Shown one piece after another: positions 45,300-53,222 of a stretch of 64,000 nucleotides of DNA (positions within the stretch are counted from its first letter, which is position 1; each line of letters begins with the position of its first letter). The position numbers and the translations under genes were made by a program. Below the pieces are notes generated by a model. It worked only from the letters and a program-made list of their open reading frames with translations, did not search any database and was not told the DNA's origin. Source of the stretch: Candidatus Latescibacterota bacterium (lineage in GTDB: Bacteria; Latescibacterota; UBA2968). The DNA is taken from the NCBI GenBank assembly GCA_965116885.1, contig OZ220741.1:4096001-4160000 (forward strand), given 5' to 3'.

Positions 45300-46385
45300 A
45301 TGGAATATGAATCCTGTTCAATATTGTGGCAGAGGCACTTACGAGTGATAAAGCCAAAGGACACACAAACGCGCGAGGCATTTGTTGCAGCAGCAGATTT
45401 GCAGGCCAGTACTCAGGTCTTGGATCTCGGCTGGGAGGGAGACTGTCTCGAATGCTTGCGGGAAACAGGTGCTCGGGTGACTTTTGTGGGGGAGGATATT
45501 CGCACTGTGCAAAAAGCAGAAGCACTTGGGATAAACGGGGTGCTCAGTGCAATGCCTGCGCAGGTGATTTCCGACGCGCGTGTCGTATTTTACAAACCCG
45601 CACAGAGATCTGCCAAAGGTCAGGTATTTGAATGGATTGATCAGAGCTTTCAGGCACTTGAAATAGGTGGCAAACTTTATCTGGCGGGTCAGCGAAATCG
45701 AGGCATTAGAAGTTATGCCACGTATTTACATGCGGTTTTTGGCAATAGCAAGCGCGCAGGGCGCGTGGGCAGAGTGGAAATTTATAGCGCGAATAAGGAG
45801 AGGAATGATCCACGCCAGGCACCGGTTGACAATCGAATGACATTTGAATTGTGCGATTTGCCGGGCAGTCCATATCGCGTTGAAACCCGTGCGGGCGTTT
45901 TTTCACGGGATGGACTCGATAATGGGACGAGGTTGCTGATCAATTGCCTGAAAGTCCGTCCTGCAGACCAGGTGCTGGACTGGGGGTGTGGCTGGGGCGC
46001 ACTCGGCATGGTTGCTGCGCGTCTATCTGTAAAAGGTAGCGCTACACTTGTCGATTCGAATATTCGCGCTGTTTCCTGCGCAGAGGAAAATTTGAAACGC
46101 AACCAGATTTGCAATGCGGTAGTGCGAGTGGGAGATGCTCGCATTGGGGATCGGCGTGAGAAATTCGATCTTATTGTTTCCAACCCGCCCTTTCACGATG
46201 GCAATGCTGCGGCACACCCCCTTATTGAAGGTGCTTTTCGGGCATTGAGACCGGGAGGGCGTTTGATGCTTGTTGTGATGCGTCCAGCAGCGTATTTAAA
46301 ACACATTCGCACGGTATTTGGACAGGGGAAGATCATGGCGCAACAAGATGGATATGTCGTTCTCGAGGCCCATATTGGGAACTAA
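45300..46385 (+). CDS. RsmC/RlmG-like rRNA (guanine-N2) methyltransferase
   Basis: GVFS..GLDNGTRLL, LDWGCGWG, SNPPFH; degenerate N-terminal MTase domain; start uncertain. Confidence 0.82.
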   Translation: MEYESCSILWQRHLRVIKPKDTQTREAFVAAADLQASTQVLDLGWEGDCLECLRETGARVTFVGEDIRTVQKAEALGINGVLSAMPAQVISDARVVFYKPAQRSAKGQVFEWIDQSFQALEIGGKLYLAGQRNRGIRSYATYLHAVFGNSKRAGRVGRVEIYSANKERNDPRQAPVDNRMTFELCDLPGSPYRVETRAGVFSRDGLDNGTRLLINCLKVRPADQVLDWGCGWGALGMVAARLSVKGSATLVDSNIRAVSCAEENLKRNQICNAVVRVGDARIGDRREKFDLIVSNPPFHDGNAAAHPLIEGAFRALRPGGRLMLVVMRPAAYLKHIRTVFGQGKIMAQQDGYVVLEAHIGN

Positions 46386-46437
46386 TGTATCACACAGGCG
46401 TTTATCGCAATGAAGTATAAGGTCTGATAGTTGGAAA

Positions 46438-46507
46438 CGGGTTTCCGCAAGTGTGCGGTCTGGTTCCCTCCCACCAGATTGGGCGCCTCGCGGAAGCCCG
46501 CTTTTTT
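46438..46507 (+). terminator. Long hairpin plus U-tract (terminator, possibly an sRNA)
   Basis: CGGGTTTCCGC / GCGGAAGCCCG outer stem, GGTCTGGT / ACCAGATT inner stem, then TTTTTT. Confidence 0.65.
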
Positions 46508-46557
46508 GTGGTTGACACATCCATTTTCAGAGCGTTAATTCTCTCCCGCCAAAAGGC

Positions 46558-46586
46558 TTGACAGCCCGGAACTCCGGTTGTATTCT
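46558..46586 (+). promoter_or_regulatory. Sigma-70 promoter of the coxMSL-like operon, with a palindrome in the spacer
   Basis: TTGACA-N17-TATTCT; the spacer contains CCGGA-AC-TCCGG. Confidence 0.6.
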
Positions 46587-46679
46587 TAACTTCTCAGAAA
46601 AATTCAAAAGCATCCGCAGATAAATGGGTAATGGACGCAGATTAAATCTGTGGTTTTAATAAAAAAGAGGAGGAAAATT

Positions 46680-47555
46680 TTGAACGCATTTGATTATGAA
46701 GCACCCCAGTCTGTAGATGAAGCTATTTCTCTGCTCAGCGCGGGAAATGGCAATGTCGGCATTCTGGCGGGCGGCACGGACTTGATCGCGCAGTTGAAGG
46801 AGGGGCGCAAGATCGATTTGATGATCGATCTCAAGCAGATTCCCGAAGCAACGGCGTTGAGTTTTGATGAGGATAGCGGTTTGTCTATTGGCGCAGCAGC
46901 ATCTTGCTCCAAAATTTACAGTTACGATGTTGTCCAAAGCCGTTATCCCGCGCTTGTAGATTGTACTTCGCTCATCGGTTCTATTCAGATTCAAAACCGC
47001 GGATCTATTGGAGGCAATTTCTGCAATGCCTCGCCCGCAGCGGACACCCCGCCTGCTGTCATTGTCCTTGGCGGCACATGTCGTATTGCGGGGCCAAATG
47101 GTACGCGAGAAGTTGCTGCAGAGGATTTCTTTACTGGTCCCGGGCAAAGTGTTCTTCAATCCGGCGAGTTTCTCATTTCTATTCAGGTACCAACTCCGGC
47201 TGCCAATTCGGGAGCGTTTTTTCTGCGATTTATTCCGCGCAATGAAATGGATATTGCCGTGGCCAATGCTGCGGCCTCTGTGGTTTTGGACAGCGATAAA
47301 GCGACTATTCAAGAGGCGCGGGTGTCAATTGGAGCCGTCGCCCCCACCCCCTTATTCGTTGCCGATGCAGGCGCAGCACTTGAGGGGAAATCAGTGGATG
47401 ATGAAGACGCAATAGAAGCGGCGTGTGCGGCATCGCGCGCAGTAGCCAGACCAATTAGCGATATGCGGGGAACTATCGAACAGCGGATTCACCTGTCCGG
47501 CGTTTTGACACGCCGCGCCATTCAGGGAGCCATTCAGAGAGCAAAGGAGTCTTAA
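46680..47555 (+). CDS. FAD-binding medium subunit (CoxM/CutM family)
   Basis: LAGGTDL, QIQNRGSIGGN.CNASPAAD, PISDMRGT; TTG start after GAGGAGG. Confidence 0.9.
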   Translation: MNAFDYEAPQSVDEAISLLSAGNGNVGILAGGTDLIAQLKEGRKIDLMIDLKQIPEATALSFDEDSGLSIGAAASCSKIYSYDVVQSRYPALVDCTSLIGSIQIQNRGSIGGNFCNASPAADTPPAVIVLGGTCRIAGPNGTREVAAEDFFTGPGQSVLQSGEFLISIQVPTPAANSGAFFLRFIPRNEMDIAVANAAASVVLDSDKATIQEARVSIGAVAPTPLFVADAGAALEGKSVDDEDAIEAACAASRAVARPISDMRGTIEQRIHLSGVLTRRAIQGAIQRAKES

Positions 47556-47559
47556 TCGC

Positions 47560-48036
47560 ATGCCAGGAAAAGTTCACGTTACAACGACAATCAATGGAGA
47601 ATCGGTCGAGTTTTTGTGCGAACCTCGGCAGACAATTCTCGAAGTTTTGCGGGATCAACTCGATCTTACGGGCACGAAAGAGGGTTGCAGCAATGGCAAC
47701 TGCGGCGCGTGTAGCATACTCGTCAATGGAGAGGTTATCGATTCTTGCCTGATGATGGGCGTAGAAGCCGAAGGGCAGGAACTCACGACTATCGAAGGTG
47801 TTGCAACTGCCGATGGCTTGCATCCTCTTCAGCAGCAATTTCTCGAACACGCAGCCCTTCAGTGCGGCATTTGTACGCCGGGCTTTATTGTGGCCGCCAA
47901 GGCATTGCTCGATCAAGAGTCTGATCCTTCGGAAGAACGCATTCGGTTATACTTAGCGGGGAATTTGTGCCGTTGCACGGGGTATGACAAAATCGTTCGC
48001 GCGGTGCAAGACGCCGCGTCTGAAATGGCCGAATAG
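47560..48036 (+). CDS. 2x[2Fe-2S] small subunit (CoxS/CutS family), no signal peptide
   Basis: GCSNGNCGAC, QCGICTPG, NLCRCTGY. Confidence 0.93.
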   Translation: MPGKVHVTTTINGESVEFLCEPRQTILEVLRDQLDLTGTKEGCSNGNCGACSILVNGEVIDSCLMMGVEAEGQELTTIEGVATADGLHPLQQQFLEHAALQCGICTPGFIVAAKALLDQESDPSEERIRLYLAGNLCRCTGYDKIVRAVQDAASEMAE

Positions 48037-48051
48037 GGAGGTGATCCCATA

Positions 48052-50346
48052 ATGGCGACAAAAACAGAAGATTATCTGGGGATTACGGATTACAAAGTTA
48101 TTGGCACCCGTCCGATTAGACACGATGGCGTCGATAAAGTCATCGGACGAGCCAAATACGGTGCAGATATCGATATGGCGGGTATGTTGCACGGGGCAGT
48201 TGTGCGCAGTCCGCACGCGCATGCGCGGATCAAATCGATAGATACCAGTAAGGCGGAAGCGCTTGCAGGTATAAAAGCCGTGATCACGGTTGAAGACCTG
48301 CCATTGCAAGAAGACAAAATTGAAGACCTGGGTGAAGGCGCTGCCAATCTCCAGCATCTGCGCGCAAATGTACTGGCCGATGGCAAGGTATTGTACCACG
48401 GGCATGCAGTGGCTGCGGTTGCGGCAACAGATATTCACACGGCGCAAGAAGCCGTCGATTTAATCGATGTCGAATACGAGGTGCTACAACCCGTTTTGAC
48501 TGTACAGGAAGCCATGAAAGAGGACGCGCCTCTACTTCTGGAAAACCAGACCACTGAGTCGCTGGGCGAAGATACGGGACAAAAGAGCAATGTGTGTACC
48601 CATTTTCGCCACGAATTGGGCGATGTGGAGAGGGGATTTGCAGAGGCGGAACTCGTCATTGAGCGAGAATTTGATACTGCGACGGTTCACCAGGGGTATA
48701 TTGAACCCCAAAATGCCACAGCCTTGTGGAGTGCCGATGATCAGATCACGGTGTGGTGCAGCACTCAGGGCGCATTTACAGTGCGCGAACAGACCGCGCA
48801 GATATTGGATGTGCCGGTTTCACAGGTCAAAGTCGTTCCCATGGAAATTGGCGGTGGATTTGGGGGAAAAATTCGGATTTATCTCGAACCTCTGGCTGCG
48901 GTTCTGTCGAGAAAAACGGGACGCCCTGTCAAGATGGTCATGAGTCGCACAGAAGTTTTGCAGGCTACTGGACCAACCGCTGGCTCTTTTATCAAGTGCA
49001 AAATGGGGGTTGACAAAGCGGGGAAGATTGTTGCTGCATATGCGTATATGGCGTATGAGTCGGGTGGTTTCCCCGGCAGTTGGGCAGCGCCAGGTGCCAT
49101 GTGCATTTTCGCACCCTACAATATTCCCAATGTGTTGATTGACGGGTACGAGGTGCTGGTCAATAAACCGCAGACCATGGCTTATCGAGCACCAGGTGCG
49201 ACCAATGCCGCTTTTGCTTCAGAAACGATTATCGACGAGCTTTGCGAGCAATTGGGTGTTGACCCACTCGAGTTTCGGCTCAAAAACTCTGCCAGAGAAG
49301 GCACGCGTCGCGCAGACGGTCCGGTTTATCCGCGAATAGGTAACGAGGAATGTGTCAAAACAGCCCTGTCTTCAGAGCACTACGCGACGCAACTCAGTGG
49401 TAAAAACCGCGGGCGCGGGATTGCTTCGGGTTTCTGGTTCAACGTGGGTTTGAAGTCGAGTGCGGCTGCCAGTGTAAATTCCGACGGCACGGTCAGTCTG
49501 GTCGAGGGCTCTACGGATATTGGCGGAACCCGAACGTCTATTGCGATGCAATTGGCCGAAGTACTCGGTATCCGGGCCGAAGATGTCAAGCCACAGGTGG
49601 CTGATACGGATTCTATCGGCGATACAGATGTGACCGGGGGAAGTCGCACGACGTTTGCTACAGGGTGGGCGGCCTATCAGTGCGCCCTGGATATCAAGGA
49701 GCAGTTGATTGAACGCGCGGCAAAATTGTGGGAGATCTCGACTGATGATGTGGTTTTTGACGATGGCACATTTTCTTCATCTGATTCTTCTAAAACTTTC
49801 TCGTTCAAAGAATTGGCCGGAATGCTTGACGAAACCGGTGGTCCCGTTATGGGTAGAGCAACCGTAAATCCGTCCGGCGTGGGCGGAGCTTTTGCGGTAA
49901 TGATTGCCGATATTGAGGTCGATACGGAAACGGGTAAAGTGGAGATCTTGCGCGTCTCTGTGATTCAAGATGCTGGCAAGGCTGTTTATCCCAGTTACGT
50001 CGAAGGACAAATGCAGGGAGGCATAGCGCAGGGCATTGGCTGGGCACTCAACGAAGAATACGCCTATAATCGGGATGGACTTTTGACAAATGCGAGTTTA
50101 CTCGATTATCGGATGCCCACATGTCTCGATTTGCCCATGATCGAAACCCATATCGTCGAAGTGCCAAATCCCGGCCATCCCTATGGTGTGCGAGGGGTGG
50201 GGGAAGTGCCGATTGTTCCACCTGCTGCTGCAGTTGCAAATGCGATTTACGATGCTGTGGGTGTGAGAATGACAAATTTGCCCATGTCGCCAGGCGAAGT
50301 TCTCAAGGCATTGTGGGCAAAAAATGGAGGAAATGGGACAGCCTGA
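48052..50346 (+). CDS. Xanthine dehydrogenase family molybdopterin large subunit (CoxL-like, not form I CODH)
   Basis: GGGFGGK, AYRAPG active-site loop, GQMQGG, RGVGE. Confidence 0.9.
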   Translation: MATKTEDYLGITDYKVIGTRPIRHDGVDKVIGRAKYGADIDMAGMLHGAVVRSPHAHARIKSIDTSKAEALAGIKAVITVEDLPLQEDKIEDLGEGAANLQHLRANVLADGKVLYHGHAVAAVAATDIHTAQEAVDLIDVEYEVLQPVLTVQEAMKEDAPLLLENQTTESLGEDTGQKSNVCTHFRHELGDVERGFAEAELVIEREFDTATVHQGYIEPQNATALWSADDQITVWCSTQGAFTVREQTAQILDVPVSQVKVVPMEIGGGFGGKIRIYLEPLAAVLSRKTGRPVKMVMSRTEVLQATGPTAGSFIKCKMGVDKAGKIVAAYAYMAYESGGFPGSWAAPGAMCIFAPYNIPNVLIDGYEVLVNKPQTMAYRAPGATNAAFASETIIDELCEQLGVDPLEFRLKNSAREGTRRADGPVYPRIGNEECVKTALSSEHYATQLSGKNRGRGIASGFWFNVGLKSSAAASVNSDGTVSLVEGSTDIGGTRTSIAMQLAEVLGIRAEDVKPQVADTDSIGDTDVTGGSRTTFATGWAAYQCALDIKEQLIERAAKLWEISTDDVVFDDGTFSSSDSSKTFSFKELAGMLDETGGPVMGRATVNPSGVGGAFAVMIADIEVDTETGKVEILRVSVIQDAGKAVYPSYVEGQMQGGIAQGIGWALNEEYAYNRDGLLTNASLLDYRMPTCLDLPMIETHIVEVPNPGHPYGVRGVGEVPIVPPAAAVANAIYDAVGVRMTNLPMSPGEVLKALWAKNGGNGTA

Positions 50347-50388
50347 TTTGTGTGTTTCTGAATAGACATCCAATCCAAAGGGGGTAAC

Positions 50389-50982
50389 ATGAATCGAGTG
50401 ATTTCAATATTAGCTGCCTGGGGACTGGCAGCCCTGATGGTGCTGTGTGTTCCTCAGATGGCCAATGCCCTGGGATTGGGGGTCAAAGCGGGCGTAAGTC
50501 TGACGCGCGAACAGCAGTTTGACACCTTTTATGGCATGGGGGGGCAATTTGACTCTCACCGATGGATGCTTGGAGGCAATCTCGATCTGGGATCAGTTAT
50601 ATTACCCAAATTGCATCTGCTGCCTGGCATGGATATCGCGGTACAAGAAAATTTGCGCGTTTATGTCGTCAATCTGGATGTCGTTTACTTTTTTCATCAG
50701 ACTCCGGTCAGTCGGGCCTATGTTGGCGGTGGTTTTGGAACCCACTTCTTTCGCCCCAAAACAGCGTCCATAGAGCCAGATCCAGTAGTAGAGGCGTCGG
50801 AAGATATCGTCCTTGAGAGCCCGCAAAACGACACCAAAATCAGCGTAAATTTGCCCTTGGGGTATCGGCGCAAATTGGGGCCGGGGTTGTCCTGGTTTGG
50901 CGAAATAAAACTCATCATTGCCGACGATGAGAAAGATAGCGCATTGCAATTCACAATTGGTTTTCACTTTGGTAACGAATAG
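50389..50982 (+). CDS. Outer-membrane beta-barrel protein
   Basis: Signal peptide, amphipathic strands, AYVGGGFG, C-terminal FTIGFHF. Confidence 0.65.
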   Translation: MNRVISILAAWGLAALMVLCVPQMANALGLGVKAGVSLTREQQFDTFYGMGGQFDSHRWMLGGNLDLGSVILPKLHLLPGMDIAVQENLRVYVVNLDVVYFFHQTPVSRAYVGGGFGTHFFRPKTASIEPDPVVEASEDIVLESPQNDTKISVNLPLGYRRKLGPGLSWFGEIKLIIADDEKDSALQFTIGFHFGNE

Positions 50983-50991
50983 GAAGGATTT

Positions 50992-51090
50992 ATGGCGAGT
51001 AGTGAACGCAGAAAAGAGCTTCGTCGAAGGCGACAGAGGCGAAAAAAACGCCTTAAAGCACGTCGTCGAGAAGGAAGAAGTGGGAGGTAA
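50992..51090 (+). CDS. 32-aa highly basic small protein
   Basis: AGGAAGGA RBS; MASSERRKELRRRRQRRKKRLKARRREGRSGR. Confidence 0.6.
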   Translation: MASSERRKELRRRRQRRKKRLKARRREGRSGR

Positions 51091-51215
51091 GAACTAATAA
51101 TGGGCATGGCGGTTAAAACGAATAGATAATAAGAACCCTTGCCATATATGCGATTTTTTGTACATTAGTATGGAATAAATCAGACCCGTAGTGTCATTTT
51201 TCAGGAGGTTTTTCA

Positions 51216-51581
51216 ATGGCTAATCCCAAAGTCATCGCCTATTTGAAGCCAGTCTGTGGTTGGAGCGGTGGTGTGCGCGCTGTTCTGGCAAAATATGGAC
51301 TGGAATACGAAGACCGCGATATTATTAACAATCCCAATAACTATCGCGAGATGGTTATGAAGAGTGGACAACCCTTACAGCCCTGCGTGCAGGTTGGGGA
51401 TACGATGCTGGCTGATATCAGCGGTGATGAGTTGGAAGGTTGGTTAATCGAAAATGGGTACCAACCCGCAGGTCCAGACGCAACGGTTCCGACAGATCGT
51501 TCCTGTACAGATGAGGAACATGAAGCAATGGCGCGCGCAGCACAGCAACCGACTATTGCCAACCCTCACTTTGGTAGATAA
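51216..51581 (+). CDS. Monothiol glutaredoxin-like protein
   Basis: CGWS motif, SGQPLQPCV; AGGAGG RBS. Confidence 0.8.
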   Translation: MANPKVIAYLKPVCGWSGGVRAVLAKYGLEYEDRDIINNPNNYREMVMKSGQPLQPCVQVGDTMLADISGDELEGWLIENGYQPAGPDATVPTDRSCTDEEHEAMARAAQQPTIANPHFGR

Positions 51582-51607
51582 AAACAAGGTGATGGTTTTT
51601 TACAGCG

Positions 51608-51639
51608 AGGCGATCCTCAGGGGTCGCCTTTTTCTTTTG
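51608..51639 (+). terminator. Intrinsic terminator
   Basis: AGGCGATCC / GGGTCGCCT then TTTTCTTTT. Confidence 0.75.
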
Positions 51640-51689
51640 TCCGAATAGAAGTCATTTGCAGGTACTTGTATTTTTAGATTGAGAATACT

Positions 51690-52370
51690 ATGCAGACGCG
51701 CGTTCTCGAAAAAGAAATTGCAGAATGCACCCTGTGCAAACGTCTGGTCGAATACTGCCACACCTTTGATCTGGCGGAAAATCGCAAAATTGGCGATTGC
51801 GATTACTGGGCAAAACCCGTTCCGGGGTTTGGAGATGTCAATGCACAATTGCTCATTATTGGTCTGGCTCCCGGCGCACACGGAGCCAATCGCACGGGCA
51901 GGCCATTTACAGGCGATGGCGCGGGCGATGTGCTTTACCGCGCACTCTTCCAGCACGGTTTTGCCAACCGGGAAACAGCGATTGATCTCCATGACGGAAT
52001 GCGTCTGGACAATGTGTATATCACCAATGCCGTAAAGTGTGTTCCGCCTCAAAATCGCCCCAATGCTGAAGAGAAGCGTACCTGTCTCGACTGGCTGGCG
52101 CAGGAGATGACCGTCTTGTCTCGAGTAAAAATCGTTCTGGCGATGGGCAGAGATGCGTTTGACAGTTATATAAGGCTGGAGAGGGCAGCAGGGCGCGTGA
52201 CGAGGCTAAACGCCTATCGTTTCCAGCACGGTGGCGTGTACCGGTTGGACGATAAAATTCTCGTGGCGACCTACCATTTTAGCCGCTACAATATGAATAC
52301 AGGTGTTCTGACAGAAGATATGATCGATGTGTTGTTCCAACGCGTACGTGCATTGCTGTGTGAAGTGTGA
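51690..52370 (+). CDS. Uracil-DNA glycosylase family 5 (UdgB-like, [4Fe-4S])
   Basis: CTLC, GLAPGAHGANRTGRPFTGD, KCVPPQNRP, YHFS..N.NTG. Confidence 0.9.
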   Translation: MQTRVLEKEIAECTLCKRLVEYCHTFDLAENRKIGDCDYWAKPVPGFGDVNAQLLIIGLAPGAHGANRTGRPFTGDGAGDVLYRALFQHGFANRETAIDLHDGMRLDNVYITNAVKCVPPQNRPNAEEKRTCLDWLAQEMTVLSRVKIVLAMGRDAFDSYIRLERAAGRVTRLNAYRFQHGGVYRLDDKILVATYHFSRYNMNTGVLTEDMIDVLFQRVRALLCEV

Positions 52371-52392
52371 AGGAGGATAAAGCACCCGCTTC

Positions 52393-52926
52393 TCACTTGG
52401 GTTCATTCAGCACAGCGATGTAGGGTAGGTTGCGGTAGGCCTGGTTGTAGTCGAGGCCATAACCCACCACAAATTGGTCCGGAATGGTGAAACCGCAGTG
52501 ATGGATGGGGACGGGTACGATTCTGCGGTCTGGTTTGTCCAGGAGGGTGCAGATACCGAGGCTGCGCGGATTTCTGCCCTTTAATAATGTGAGAAGTGCA
52601 GAGATCGTGCGCCCGGTATCGACAATATCTTCGACAATGAGCACATGGCGGTCTTCAATTTCACGGCTGAGGTCTTTTGTGAATGTCACTGTGCCCGAGC
52701 TACTTGTACCGACATAACTCGAAATCGCAATGAGATCAATTTCAATGGGGCAACTTATCGCGCGCGAAAGATCGACTAAAAAGTAGAGGGCACCCGTTAG
52801 AATGCCCACGAGAACGACGCCGTCTGGGTACTGTGCGGAAATTTCGGCACCGAGTTCGCGAACGCGGTTCTGGATCGTTTTTTTGTCAATTAATATAGAA
52901 TCGGGATGAAGGACAAATTCCTGCAC
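52393..52926 (-). CDS. hpt: Hypoxanthine phosphoribosyltransferase
   Basis: VLIVEDIVDTG PRPP motif, FVVGYGLDY...YRNLPYI. Confidence 0.95.
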   Translation of the reverse strand: MQEFVLHPDSILIDKKTIQNRVRELGAEISAQYPDGVVLVGILTGALYFLVDLSRAISCPIEIDLIAISSYVGTSSSGTVTFTKDLSREIEDRHVLIVEDIVDTGRTISALLTLLKGRNPRSLGICTLLDKPDRRIVPVPIHHCGFTIPDQFVVGYGLDYNQAYRNLPYIAVLNEPK

Positions 52927-53036
52927 TGAAAAGACCTCCTTGTGATGTAAGATGGTATAACTTAAAGAATTTATTTTTTATGTCAAACCCCATTGGGGCT
53001 AACTCATACCCATCAAGCGGTATTTGAAGGAATCCC

Positions 53037-53065
53037 TTGATTCAGATTTGTAAAAATGCTATATT
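53037..53065 (+). promoter_or_regulatory. Sigma-70 promoter with extended -10, upstream of the mutL leader
   Basis: TTGATT-N17-TATATT with TGn immediately before the -10. Confidence 0.55.
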
Positions 53066-53071
53066 TGCGTC

Positions 53072-53209
53072 GAAGCTTGTGCTTCACAAAAAAACGCCTT
53101 GAATCTGCATGAGGGTAGCCCCGCAGGAAGTTTTCCGCTGTTTTAACACCGGGACTTCGACAACCATTTCGGCACCCGGCGGGTTAGGCGTTTTTTGTTT
53201 TCTTTTTTT
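53072..53209 (+). ncRNA. Candidate structured RNA or attenuator upstream of mutL, family not recognised
   Basis: Closing stem AAAAAACGCCT..AATCTGC / GCGGGTT.AGGCGTTTTTT around several internal hairpins; U-rich 3' end. Confidence 0.45.
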
Positions 53210-53222
53210 ATCTATTCACAAT

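Noticed and set aside
48052..50346. Aerobic CO dehydrogenase coxL
   Set aside because: The Cu-binding AYRCSFR motif is absent.
52927..53070. Purine riboswitch upstream of hpt
   Set aside because: No aptamer core on the minus strand, and a TTGACA promoter-like site lies too close to the start codon.
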